Shown: piece by piece, positions 28,296 to 39,631 of the stretch
Numbering within the stretch: position 1 is the stretch's first letter
How the letters are laid out: each line of letters starts with the position of its first letter
Assembly (NCBI GenBank): GCA_965203315.1
Contig: OZ241857.1
Span: 608,001-672,000 of the forward strand
Length of the DNA: 64,000 nt
Source of the DNA: Nitrosopumilus sp.
Lineage (GTDB): Archaea; Thermoproteota; Nitrososphaeria; Nitrososphaerales; Nitrosopumilaceae
Direction of reading: 5' to 3'
Notes under the pieces: generated by a model
Told to the model about the DNA's origin: nothing
The model's database searches: none
Seen by the model: only the letters and a program-made list of their open reading frames with translations
Translations under genes and position numbers: made by a program

Positions 28296-29788
28296 AGAGC
28301 CCATTCATAATTCCCTTTTCATTAGTCCACAGTTTTGATAACTTTGTAAAATATATTGTAATCAACGTTGCAGAGCAAAGTTTGTAACACGAAATGCAAA
28401 AGATAATGTCCAGTTTGATAATAAAATATTCAAATCGATGCAAAGAATATACAAATATCATAAAAATCCAAAACATCGTGCGCAGTCGTATGGTGCTGCA
28501 ATACACTCTGTGTTATTTGATTCCGGCTATCTCTTTTAGCTTTTTGAGTCGCGCAGTTGGTCTGTCTCTTATTTTATCCCAAAGACGATTGTAATTAACC
28601 AGAGTAGCTATTCCTTGCATCAGTAGGTTGTGATCATCATCGTTTCCTTGAAACTGGTGCTGCAAGATTGCATACTGTTTACCTTCACCTATTACATTCT
28701 CTATTATTACACGAATTGCTCGTTGCCATCTGTTAAACTCCATCTGTTCTTTTGTGAGTTGACCTTTTGGTGGTCTCTTGTATGGTGTGATTACATTAAC
28801 GCCAAGATAATCTTCGCCAGCTGATATGTACACAGCATCCAAATAGAGATCAAACTTTTCCTTGTCTGGCGTGTTTGGATCTTTCATTGCTAGCCCCCAT
28901 TTACCCCAGTCCAGTTCCATCTCTCTAAGAATCACTATGTCGCTTTTAGGCCCAGGATATGTCTTGGTGATGTCCAAGATCTCTTTTCTGTTGTTTGTCA
29001 GAACGCCCTCCTTTACTGTATGATGGTGCTTGTATCCAGAGTAATAGTCTTCATTTAACTCCTCGTCTGTAGGTACATTAATGAACGACTCTGTACAGTC
29101 TCCAAACAGTTCTAAATTTGGTATCCACTCTTTGAGCTCTTTAATCGTCTTGCAGTTCTTGATTGCTTTGCTGAATCCACCAGTTGACGCAAAAAATATC
29201 GGAAGAAACTTTTGGACATATGCTACATACCTTGATATCGTGGGTTGCGATATTGAAAAGTGGCTGCCTAGTCTATCTTGTGTTAACCCTGTTGTCATGT
29301 ATGCTAATGCCAAAAATAAGATATGTCGTAACGTGACCATACAGACTTTTCCTTGTCCAAACTCTGTATCCGAACATTGTGGTACTCTTCCACACTTGTC
29401 TGCGTATTTGTTAAATTCGTCATACATCTCATCAAATTGCTGTGGCGTCATCTTTATGTTATGATGTAGTTTATTTGGGTCGTCGAGTATCTCATCAATT
29501 AATTCTAGAGCATGTTGTAGACTCGTCTTTGTCTCATCACGTTTATCTACATATCTCCACATTGCTCTCTCTGATTCTAGTTTAGATTCAGCTTTGGCCA
29601 GAGCCGCTTCTGCTCTTATTCGTCTCTTTCTCTCTGATTCTAGTTCAGATTCTAGTGTACAACAAGTTTGACAATCCATGTTTACTGTACAACAGATTAA
29701 AACTAAAGCATTACTGCTGAAATGTGTTGACAAAATGGTAAAAAACTAGAGCACAATACGAGCCAAAAGAGAATTATGAATGGGCTCT
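28296..29788 (-). mobile_element. IS5-family (DDE_Tnp_4/ISL2-like) insertion sequence, 1493 bp
   Basis: Perfect 18-bp TIR agagcccattcataattc / gaattatgaatgggctct and a 3-bp target duplication ATA. Confidence 0.92.
28513..29733 (-). CDS. IS5-family transposase
   Basis: HTH (LGSHFSISQPTISRY), GDCTE, YSGYKHHHTVK, DAVY, TPYKRP, R.IIENVIG. Confidence 0.9.
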   Translation of the reverse strand: MSTHFSSNALVLICCTVNMDCQTCCTLESELESERKRRIRAEAALAKAESKLESERAMWRYVDKRDETKTSLQHALELIDEILDDPNKLHHNIKMTPQQFDEMYDEFNKYADKCGRVPQCSDTEFGQGKVCMVTLRHILFLALAYMTTGLTQDRLGSHFSISQPTISRYVAYVQKFLPIFFASTGGFSKAIKNCKTIKELKEWIPNLELFGDCTESFINVPTDEELNEDYYSGYKHHHTVKEGVLTNNRKEILDITKTYPGPKSDIVILREMELDWGKWGLAMKDPNTPDKEKFDLYLDAVYISAGEDYLGVNVITPYKRPPKGQLTKEQMEFNRWQRAIRVIIENVIGEGKQYAILQHQFQGNDDDHNLLMQGIATLVNYNRLWDKIRDRPTARLKKLKEIAGIK

Positions 29789-32700
29789 ATACGTATAATA
29801 AAAGATGTCCTCTTTGGTTATTGCCTTGTCGTTATAGTGATCTTGGTATTGTGTTAAGATATAGTCTGTAATGTTGATTCTCTTCTTTCCATTTTCATAT
29901 GTGTATAATGGAAAACATTGACCATGATGGATTACTTCTAGATCAGGAGTGATATCAACAATGAATGTGGATGGGTTGCCGTGATATTTGTAGGGGACGA
30001 TGATGGCGAGGTTTTTGGTAGTTTCGGTTGGAAATATTTTTGAGATTTGATAATGACTTTCATTGTATATTTCATCAAAGTACAAATATTGTGTAAAAAA
30101 TGGCCTATACGCTGCTAACCTAATTTTATTTGTTTTAAAAATCGGCGTCTTGTTTTTTAATCGGTGTATGAGTACTGAACTCCACTTTACTTGTTTTGGA
30201 TCTCTTTCAGGAGACTTCAAATTTTGTTTATTACAATAATCTATGGTTTTTTTCATGTTGTTTGACAATATGTTTTTAGATGAATTATATGCCCAATATT
30301 GTCTAGCAGTGTTTATTCCAAGCGAATATAACTTGAATATGGAATCAGAAGTCTTGCCAGCCTTGGTCTCTTTGTTGCCCATTGCTGTGTACTGTTCAAA
30401 CTCGTCGGAGCGTTGACCAACCCAGTCGTGGTGCTTGTCGGGTGTGATGGTATCCCAGTCTTTGATACCTTGTATCGAGTTCAACTCTTTAATTCGTTTA
30501 CGTTTATCTGGGCCAGAATAGTATTTGTCTTCCAATGCTTTGTAGTGGATGGTGTGTTTTTTCTTGTTTGGGTTTTTGACTAGAATTACAATTGCGATTG
30601 GAGTTCTAGAACCACCAGTACTTTTCCCAGGATACTCAAACACATTCCGTCCATCACCTGTACGTCTGCCATCACCTCGCAGGTCAAAGCAGTAAATGTC
30701 GGTGAATTCCTCGTGGAGAGAGGCGCGGACGCCTGATGTTGTGTCTGAGTTGATGAAGCTTGCGTTGGTTACAAAACCAATGATGCCAGATTTACCTATT
30801 CGATCTGTGGCCCAACGTAAGGAACGTATGTACGAGTCATATAATGACTTTTTATCATGTGTTGTTGCTTTCTGCATGTAGGTTTTGACTATCTGAGCAT
30901 CCAATTCTGGATATTGTTGGTTAGGATTTTGATCATCAAAATTACTCTGGCCTTTAGAATAAGGTGGATTCCCCATTATCACGTGTAGATGAGACCACCT
31001 CTGAGCATGTACTCGTTCATGTGCCTGTTTGAACTGCCCTGTAAATGGTTTGAGTTGTACTCGATGTCTCTCGTCTTCTCTATATTGTGGATTTATCTTT
31101 AGAGTATCTGTGTAACTGATGCCGTCAAACGGTACATGTCTGTGTCCATGTCGTACACTAGAGTATACCGTCTCGATGTTTACAGTTGCGACATAGTATG
31201 CTAGCAGGATCAGTTCGTTTGCGTACAGGTCATGCTTGTACTTTTCATAAATGTTGTCGTCCAGATATCCAGAGTTTATCAGTTGTGCAAGGAACGTTCC
31301 TGTGCCGGTAAATGGATCTAGAACCTTGACCTGTCTGTCTGCAAATTCGGTGCCAAACTCTTTCTTGAGAATATACTGTACACTATGTATAATGAAATCG
31401 ACTATCTCTATGGGTGTGTACACAATGCCGTGCTGTTCTGTGCCTTTCTTGTCTGCTCCTTTGAAAAAGTTGTCATATATTTTCTTGATAAACTCTTGTC
31501 TAGCTGTATCGGTTTTAATTCTGGCTATCTCTTGTCTTGCTTCTTCATAAAAGTCGTCTAGCTCTCTTAACTCTTCCCCTAGTCCTATCTTTTGTACAAT
31601 ATCCTCAAATGCCTTTGATATTGGATTCTGTGTTGTAAAGTCTCCTGAAAAGAGTTGATTGAATATTGGTGCTAGAACCATGTGCTGGGATATAGCTTGT
31701 AATGTACTTGCAAATGTTACAGTATCGTTTATCAATATTTTGAGATTCTCGTGAAACTCTTCAATCTCTTTTTTGATAGAGTCGTCAGTTTCAATTCTGT
31801 TCTCGATCTGAGCCAAGATGGTTCGAGATTTGTAACCAGCTGTCTCGCCAAATTTATCGTAGTGATTACTTTCGCCCACCATCTTTACGATCTTGGACTT
31901 GGCCTTGTCGAAGAAACTAGTAAGAGGCTTGGTCTCTGTAAAGTCTTCATCAAGTACAGATATACTGGTTCGTGCAGTTAATTCGGATGTGACTTCTGTA
32001 CGGCTATCAAGTATCAGATCATTAATTTCAGCACCATAAGACTCGTCATGTGATTTTAGAGCGTTAAGTACCTGCCACACTGCCTTCCATGTCTTGTTAT
32101 CGTCTAGTGCATCAACGGGATTGATTCCAGCAGGTATGGCAACAGGAATGATCACATAACCATACTTTTTACCAGATGCTCTACGCATCACACGACCTAC
32201 AGACTGGACTACATCGACTCGAGACTTGCGCGGATTTAGGAATATTACTCCATCTAGCGCTGGAACATCAACTCCTTCAGATAGACATCGGGCATTTGAT
32301 ATTATTCTACATGTGTCGGGATCTTGATTACTATCTTTGAGCCACTCTAGCTGTTGGCGTCTCTTGTTGGCACTGGTGCTACCGTCCATGTGCTTGACCT
32401 CGACTTTAGATGTACCGCCCTTGATCTCTTCATACTGTGTAACTACTTTGTCGAAACTACGATCTACATCATCCTGATCTTTTATTATGCCAGCAAATAA
32501 TTTTGACGCGTCTATACGATTTGTAAAAGCAATGATTCTTTGCAATAGTCTTGGTTTCTCTTCATCACCTGTAGAATATTTTATGCCATGCCACGTAGCT
32601 GCTAGATTGGTTCTAGCATCTAGAGGCATCACATTGTCCTCGTTTGCCACAGATTGCTGAAATGTCTTGTCGATGATATCAGCTGGAACAACTGCAACCT

Positions 32701-33972
32701 TTACTCTAAAGTCAGCTAGTATTCCCTTGTTTACTGCATCTTTAAAACTAAGCTTGTGGAATACTGGACCATACTTGGACTCGTCGTCCATAGAGTATAG
32801 ATTGTCAGTCATCTTTGTTTTAATGGCATCGGTATATACACGAGGAGTGGCAGTCATGTACAATCGCCTCTTACCAGAGATGTTGGAATCTTTGTGAATT
32901 AGTTTAAAGTATGATTCATCTTCTACTCCTGTTGTACGATGTGCCTCGTCACAGAATATTGCATCAAATGTGCGACCCTTCATAGTCTGTCTGACGACAT
33001 CTAGAGACTGATACGTTGAAAAGATCACAGTCATCTTGTCGCCAGGTATTGATGAAATGTATGATTTTAGGGTTTTAGGATCAGTAGATACAGGACATTC
33101 TAAATCGGTAAGCGAACCCTCTTCAGATGCAGATACAGTTTTGTCAGAGCATACAGCTATGAAATTATATTTTACGTTAGCATTGTTTGACCAATCTCTC
33201 ATACTTTGTTGAATTAAGGATATTGACGGTACAACATACAATATCAACCCCCCTCTACCTTGTACATGTTCAGCTACATGTAACGCAGTTAGAGTCTTGC
33301 CTGTACCACATGCCATTATTAATTGTCCACGATCATGTGTTTCAAAGTGGTCCAGTACGTCCTCTAGAGCATCCTTTTGATATGGTCGTAATGTAAATGG
33401 TTTATGTAATCTCTCAAACGAATCTGGATATCTACTCCAATCTACATTAGCAGATTTAAAGTCAGACTTTTCTATGACTGTACATTTTATTCCTTTGAGT
33501 TTCTTGAGTGCTGTACTAGTAATAGTATCTGATGTATGCGCAAATATTTTTTGTACGATTTTAACGCCTGAAGCTTTTTCAATAGCTGGTATTGCAGATA
33601 TAAATGAAGATACACCTTTGTTGTCTATTGTGTTGTCGTCGTCATAAAACTTGCATTGCACTGCACAATAGGTACCATCGTGTCGCTCCGCCATTATGTC
33701 TATACCAATATCGCGGTCAGTGCGTTTTTGCCACTTGTTCCAACGGTCTACCTTTCTGAATTGATTTCTGTAAATAGGATCAGTTTCTAGAAATCGTTTG
33801 ACAAGTATCTCAAATTGCTCTCCTTTCTCAACATCATTTTTAGCGGATGATCTAATCTCTTGTAAGATATCATCAAATGTCTTGGTCTCTTGTTTGGAGA
33901 CCAATTAGATGATCTCCTTTGAAGCATATTCATTTGAGTGATTACAGTAAGGATGAGTAGATTTTGTATCAT

Positions 33973-34041
33973 AGTGATGTAAGTTGTAAGTGATGTAAGT
34001 TGTAAGTGATGTAAGTTGTAAGTGATGTAAGTTGTAAGTGA
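33973..34041. repeat. Perfect tandem repeat, 16-bp unit agtgatgtaagttgta x4.3
   Basis: Read directly. Ends 68 bp upstream of the Type ISP TTG start (33904). Confidence 0.95.
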
Positions 34042-34428
34042 ATCTGTGTCATCCACTGGGGACTAGTTTCTGTCCTATTTGGATTTATACACGCCATTAA
34101 CAAAATCGAGACTGTCGAGTTTTTATATCTATGTGAATGAATCTCTTCGATTTATGTGAGATAGTGTTTCGCAAGGCTTTTTCTGTAATTTTCTCTTATG
34201 GACTCTTGTAGTGTTTTCTGTAACTCTCCATCTCACGTAAACCGAAGAGATCTGATCAGAATTGCCTTACCAAGATAAGAGATGGACAGTACAAATTGTT
34301 CAGGCACATTGTGGGTGACTTGAAGCAAAACGTCAGGCTTGTACAGGAATCAAGACGATCTATATCCAAGCCTCTGCAGACGATGACTGTACACCATAAT
34401 GCCAAGAGCGTATTTTGATGGTCACCAT

Positions 34429-35109
34429 CTAGATTGCTTTTTTGCATACCAGTTCCCATTGATACCAAGAACCAGTATTTGGTTGATCACGTTTTATGGC
34501 TAGTTCACGTATAGATTGCATGGTCATGCCTCTGGACTCAACACATTCTTTTAATTCATCTTTTGCAAAGAAATGTATCAACATATCTTGCTTTGATCCT
34601 TCATCGTATCGTATAGTTAGTCCATCGGTATCTTCAAGGATTGTATGCTTGTGATGTATTTCAGTAGATATTGAATTTACACGTACAAACAACATACCAT
34701 TGTTTGCTAGTAGTTTATTGATCTTGTCAAAGTATGAAGTGATTATTTTCTTGTTTCCATGTTGAAGTACTTGGATGGCGACAATATATCCAAAGGTATC
34801 ACTAGTTTCAAGTCCACTGATACTGACACACCACAAGTCTTTAGCATATTTTGGATACAAGCAGACTAGCTCAGATATGGCATTTTGTGATAGATCGATA
34901 CCCAGAATATCTAGATTTTTGGCTCGTAATGGAATGTAATTTCTTCCATTTCCACAACCGAGATACAATCCACGTTCCTGATCTAGATCATTTGCTTTTA
35001 CGAAATTAATGATCTCCTTTACAAAGTCGATCGGAGACTCGTCTCTATATCTGCCCATACTATACTGATCGTTCCATCTAGATGCTATTGTCATATCTTG
35101 AGGCATCAT
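34429..35109 (-). CDS. Class I SAM-dependent methyltransferase
   Basis: GLYLGCGNGRN motif I, GIDLS motif II, LANNGMLFV. Confidence 0.88.
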   Translation of the reverse strand: MMPQDMTIASRWNDQYSMGRYRDESPIDFVKEIINFVKANDLDQERGLYLGCGNGRNYIPLRAKNLDILGIDLSQNAISELVCLYPKYAKDLWCVSISGLETSDTFGYIVAIQVLQHGNKKIITSYFDKINKLLANNGMLFVRVNSISTEIHHKHTILEDTDGLTIRYDEGSKQDMLIHFFAKDELKECVESRGMTMQSIRELAIKRDQPNTGSWYQWELVCKKAI

Positions 35110-35377
35110 AGTTCTAACTCAAGATTTGATCATATAATGCCTTGTTACAAAACAACATAAATCACAACCAATCACACTATACAACACATCTAGAATGCTA
35201 CGATTTACAAGTAGGGATTTCATACAACATGTGCTCTCAAGAGATAAACTATACTAGACATGTCCAACTTTTTTTATTCTACCAGTATGGTATCTCAACA
35301 CCAAAAGAACCTGTCACATGCTGTGAAAAATGTACATACGGGATCATGGACGATAAAGTAAAAAAAATAGTTAAAGT

Positions 35378-36358
35378 TTATTGAGGCTCTAACTCTTGAA
35401 TTTTATCTTTGGCTTTTTGCAATTCAGCTTCTATTGCCTCTAGTTTTGATTCAGTAGTCTCTAGTTTGGTTTTCAGTTCTTCATTTTCTTCTTGTAGTCG
35501 TTGACGTTCCGAATCTGCCTCTTCGTGTAGTTTTTCTAGTACTGCATGTTTTTCTTCAAGTGGATCATATATCAATTGCAGTGCGTTCAATTTGGACTTC
35601 CATGAATTGATTGTCACTTTCAAGTCTTGTTTCTGGTCTACACATTTCTGGTGTTTTACTTTCCAATGATCTTTTAGTTTAATTTTGTTCTCTCTGGCTT
35701 CGTCTAGTTTCTCTATTCGATCATTGAGTTCTGTGGTTGATAGTGATCTTGTTTGTAATGCTGGTTGATTTTGGTCGTCAAACACGTACAAACATTTTTC
35801 ATTTGTGGCTGGGTTCACTCTTACAGAAAGAAAAGTCCAGTCTTGTTCTGAACCTTCAAATTCTGTATGATTATGTATCCAATCTACATCAGGATCTACA
35901 GAATTATCTTTTTTGTAAAAGGCATGTGTATTTTCGATTGAAATGGCTCCTTGTGTTAGGTCGCTCCAATCAACTGTTCTTTGGCTTTCAATTGTCCATT
36001 TACCATATGTAGATTTGTCGGTTTCGTCAAATCCAAACTCATATTCCGTTTTACTGATACTGTCCAATGATATAGTGAATGAAAAATCACCCTCAGAATC
36101 TGTGACTTGTTCTGTGATCAGTCTCTTGTTAAAACTGAATATATGTTCGCCACTTGAAGCAGTGCCAGTGTATTCATCAAAAACCAATGATGTACTAACC
36201 AAACCATAATTTCCTGTATTACCAGATATGGTGAACTCTGTACAACCATCAATGGTCACATCTATACTTGCTTCTTTGTCCGCATATACGTCAGATATCC
36301 CTACAACTCCCACTGTAGCGAGAATTGCTATGATACTAGCTGTCATTGTTTTCATCAT
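35378..36358 (-). CDS. Secreted protein with long C-terminal coiled coil
   Basis: Signal peptide (ASIIAILATVGVVGISDVYA), beta-rich N-domain, and heptad tail IEKL...KDHWK...ELQKAKDKIQELEPQ. Confidence 0.78.
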   Translation of the reverse strand: MMKTMTASIIAILATVGVVGISDVYADKEASIDVTIDGCTEFTISGNTGNYGLVSTSLVFDEYTGTASSGEHIFSFNKRLITEQVTDSEGDFSFTISLDSISKTEYEFGFDETDKSTYGKWTIESQRTVDWSDLTQGAISIENTHAFYKKDNSVDPDVDWIHNHTEFEGSEQDWTFLSVRVNPATNEKCLYVFDDQNQPALQTRSLSTTELNDRIEKLDEARENKIKLKDHWKVKHQKCVDQKQDLKVTINSWKSKLNALQLIYDPLEEKHAVLEKLHEEADSERQRLQEENEELKTKLETTESKLEAIEAELQKAKDKIQELEPQ

Positions 36359-36392
36359 TGAAGTTGCGTTAGGGGGGGGGGTTATAAAGGTA
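36359..36392 (-). promoter_or_regulatory. Archaeal promoter with a C10 homopolymer between TATA box and start codon
   Basis: Minus strand ccTTTATAA-CCCCCCCCCC-taacgcaacttca-ATG. The TATA box ends 23 nt before the ATG, consistent with a leaderless transcript. Confidence 0.7.
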
Positions 36393-36523
36393 TTCTTTAC
36401 ACTTGTGTAACTCTTGACATGTTGATATCAAGACATAGTCTGCATCTACCAATCCCATATACACCAGATATACAATTCTCAAAACTCTGATACACAATAG
36501 ATCTAACGATCAACACCAAACAA

Positions 36524-36691
36524 TCAAAAGAACTTGAAGATCTGTGGTTGATTGTTCTCTTGGTTTTGATGTAGTCTCTTGTGTGTCATCTGCTGAGACT
36601 CGGTCATGTGTGTAAGTATAGCCAAACACTTGTCACATACAACTTTTTTGGGCGATTCGATCTTTTGTGGTTTTGATCGAAACTTATTCAA
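36524..36691 (-). CDS. Small C2H2 zinc-finger protein (55 aa, below the ORF-track cutoff)
   Basis: TTG start. MNKFRSKPQKIESPKKVVCDKCLAILTHMTESQQMTHKRLHQ... contains CxxC-x14-HxxxH. Confidence 0.55.
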   Translation of the reverse strand: MNKFRSKPQKIESPKKVVCDKCLAILTHMTESQQMTHKRLHQNQENNQPQIFKFF

Positions 36692-36698
36692 GATGAAT

Positions 36699-36908
36699 CT
36701 AATGTATGCATCTTTTGTGTTTGGAAATTATAGTGTAATTCTCAGTAGTGTAGACAAGGCGACTTTTTTGGAAATATGTCTCTACACTTTGGACAGTATA
36801 CTTTACCTGGAGCAGTCTTGCACTCGTGCATGTGATGTGGTTTAGCATTTGTATCAAAGCATTTGTGATCTTTGAATACATGGAAGTTAGACAGCGTTTA
36901 CAGTTCAT
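36699..36908 (-). CDS. Small Cys-containing hypothetical protein
   Basis: MNCKRC N-terminus. Co-oriented and tightly packed with its neighbours. Confidence 0.4.
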   Translation of the reverse strand: MNCKRCLTSMYSKITNALIQMLNHITCTSARLLQVKYTVQSVETYFQKSRLVYTTENYTIISKHKRCIH

Positions 36909-37004
36909 GCGTTTGAAATGTACTAGATTGGAGTATATCGGATGTGAAGATCAATCTCATACTGTCTAGATTACTAGTTTTCAGCGAGTCCTGCTATTCT
37001 TTTT

Positions 37005-37703
37005 CTATAACTCTTGTAGTCTATGGTCTAAAATTTCAATATCAAATATTTCACTAGATCGCTGACGAGGGTTTGCTAGAATGAATCTCCGTATCTTACG
37101 ATCCAGTTCTTTGTCATTTACTGCAGGTGGTTTAACTCCCGATGCCAGTATCTCCCTTACGTCTTTTCTCATTAGACGTATAGTCTTTTGATGCAGATGT
37201 AAACCCATCCTCATAAGAAATAGTTTGATCAAATGTTGAGCAATATCTCTACGTGTGTTAAATTTATCGAGATAGTCAAAATATCCTTGCACCAGTATTG
37301 GAATCATCTCTATCTCTGGCTCTACACGCATATCTGTTGCGATCTTTGCTATTCTCTGTTTAAATGAGCGATGTTCATCCCGTGCCAATCCTTCATAGTC
37401 CGCCCAATAGTACTCTGCATTGTTTAGACAATACTCATCTGCATTTTCATAAAATTCATCAACGTATTCACTCAATCGTTTAGCGATCTCTTTTGGATCT
37501 TCTTTGCGTAGTTGAACATATCTGCAATGTCTACTATGCTTGTGTGTACATGGCTTCAATACTATCTCTAGCGTACAACACATTATGAATATTACTTGTG
37601 ATCTCCAAAAGAACCGATTCTCAGCCACAAGATAAACCAACATTGATACTGACATATACTGAATGTGTGATCTACTTGTTCTAGATATCATGTTGAACTC
37701 CAA
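37005..37703 (-). CDS. Hypothetical protein (true start probably internal)
   Basis: Long ORF with a charged helical C-terminal region. No recognised motif. Confidence 0.55.
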   Translation of the reverse strand: MEFNMISRTSRSHIQYMSVSMLVYLVAENRFFWRSQVIFIMCCTLEIVLKPCTHKHSRHCRYVQLRKEDPKEIAKRLSEYVDEFYENADEYCLNNAEYYWADYEGLARDEHRSFKQRIAKIATDMRVEPEIEMIPILVQGYFDYLDKFNTRRDIAQHLIKLFLMRMGLHLHQKTIRLMRKDVREILASGVKPPAVNDKELDRKIRRFILANPRQRSSEIFDIEILDHRLQEL

Positions 37704-37899
37704 AATATACTTGGATAATATGTGGCGTTGTGTTATGATCCACTAGTGTTGTATTATGATCCACTAGTATTCTATACATGACACTTGGGATAGCATCTCA
37801 TGCCCTTGTACTTGTTCCAGTATATGACATCACCCATAGATATCTCTTTACCACATATGGTACACTGATCACTATGCTTTGCTGTTATCTGCATATCAA

Positions 37900-38445
37900 T
37901 CATCTCGACGCAACGATCTCCCACTGTAGATACTTTGTATTGCCTATGACAAGGTTTACGGGTCTCATTCGTTCAATGTCAAAGTCGGTAAGATGTAGCT
38001 CTAGTTCATACTCTGTAAAATAGTGTACATGTGTATCGTTCAGTATGGTGAAACCGCCACGAGGATCACGTTCTGTGACTTTATTAGAGTTGAAGAGTTT
38101 TGGCGTCGCCTTGTTTGCATACATGTACAGTATGGAACCTCTATGCAATATGCGAGATAGAGTCTCAAACAACTCGAAGGTATTGTGTACTTTACCTGCA
38201 AACGCTCTGATGGCGATTGCATAGTCTATTGTACTGTATGGAACATCGTCTAGCATCTGTATGAACGTGCCTGATCTAGATGTATCTAGGTTGATCAAAT
38301 CTTGTACACCATGTAACGAAACATACTCTCTGCCATCACCAATGTATAGTCCATTTCCATTTAGCAACTCACGAGCCTGCAACATCTTGATGATATCAGA
38401 GATGATATATGGTACTCGTACCTCTGGTATGTCTGAATCTTGCAA
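37900..38445 (-). CDS. Degenerate paralog of the SAM methyltransferase at 34429-35109
   Basis: Colinear matches GLYIG/GLYLG, YAIAI/YIVAI, LYMYAN/LFVRVN, HYFTEYEL/HFFAKDEL, QWEIV/QWELV. The glycine-rich loop is eroded. Confidence 0.7.
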   Translation of the reverse strand: MQDSDIPEVRVPYIISDIIKMLQARELLNGNGLYIGDGREYVSLHGVQDLINLDTSRSGTFIQMLDDVPYSTIDYAIAIRAFAGKVHNTFELFETLSRILHRGSILYMYANKATPKLFNSNKVTERDPRGGFTILNDTHVHYFTEYELELHLTDFDIERMRPVNLVIGNTKYLQWEIVASR

Positions 38446-39292
38446 GTCTAGAGTAACTTGTACTGTCTAGTTGTGATAGAATTGAGTTGTTTTATCGTCT
38501 TTATTACTGATTCGTATGTGTTTATCAATAGTTCTAGTGGATCAAAATCTGACATTGTACTCTTTCATTTCTTTCTTCTAAATAACCCAATATTGCTTTA
38601 GTAATCTAGTAAATGAGTTAATCCACTCTCATTCTAGATTGGTTTTTCTTTTTTTGATAATGATCTTGTAATGTAGATTGATTCCCGTATTGTTATACTC
38701 TTGAAATCGGGTTTAGGCATTTATCTTTATCATTATAACATCTAACACATATTGGTAGATTCGTAAGATTTTGTATCGTCTCTATATTAGATGTGAAACA
38801 CTTGTGACACAATCCTGTCTTTGTCATTTTCTACATTCCTACAGAATAAACTCTAATTCATTCACTAGTTTTCCAAGCCTTTGATTTTTTTGAATAGAGG
38901 TTTATCACAAGGTAATAGCACGTCTTGTTGGTCGTCTATTCTTTTTTCTAATTTCGTTAGCATAATGGCGTGTTTATTGGTTATGTAATGTATGTCATGT
39001 ATGTCATGTGTGTAATGTGTGTCATGTATGCGTCTCTCAGTCTTGTCCATAATTCTACTGTCTCACCATATCCACCAATATAGTCAAAAACTGATCTCTT
39101 TGTTTCTTACAGATGTTTAGTATCTTGTCTATTTTCGATCTCTAGAATAGTAAACTGCTTGTCAAGAGATATTTTTTCCAAGTCATGTTCTAATTCAACT
39201 AGGATAAATTCACTACCTGTGTCTAGTTTTTGCATCGTATAACAGTCATACGCTTGTGAGTTTCTTTCAATGTCGTGGCTATTTTATCTATG

Positions 39293-39631
39293 CTATTCAT
39301 TTTTCATTTGTTCTTCTATGTTCTTTTTCAGATCATCTACCCACGCCTCTGATCTCTCTCGATAAAACGATAGTTTATGAGCAGAGCCATCTATACTCTT
39401 CTTCTCAGCAATATACTCGTACACGGTGCGTATTAACTCGTAGTCATATTCATGTAGTCCTGTTATGATTACTTTCCAGAACCGCCCTCGTTTACCTGCT
39501 TCCCAACAGGTATCGCAAATCCAATTATCTTGATAGGATTTATGGTAGCCATAATTTCTGCAATGCACACAGGTACTCTTTGGATCTTTTGCATCAAAGC
39601 AACCGTCTGTCATACTCGATGCTCCCCACAA
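39293..39631 (-). CDS. Small Zn-ribbon protein
   Basis: CVHC...WICDTC. Lies within a run of very short Cys-rich minus-strand ORFs (about 38865-40000). Confidence 0.55.
   Translation of the reverse strand: MWGASSMTDGCFDAKDPKSTCVHCRNYGYHKSYQDNWICDTCWEAGKRGRFWKVIITGLHEYDYELIRTVYEYIAEKKSIDGSAHKLSFYRERSEAWVDDLKKNIEEQMKNE

Larger units (their letters stand above)
27468..33904 (-). pseudogene. Type ISP (LlaGI/LlaBIII-like) restriction-modification enzyme split by an IS
   Basis: Mrr-type nuclease (DIGIDIMA...AVQCK), SF2 helicase (MACGTGKT, DEAH, QSVGRVMR), MTase (LDPFTGTG, GNPPY) and TRD. Removing the IS plus the 3-bp duplication rejoins IFYYTY-GVLHH in frame (4941 bp, 1646 aa). Confidence 0.93.

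Noticed and set aside
27468-28304. Stand-alone 278-aa gene
   Set aside because: It is the C-terminal part of the IS-split Type ISP enzyme, and its start codon lies in the IS end.
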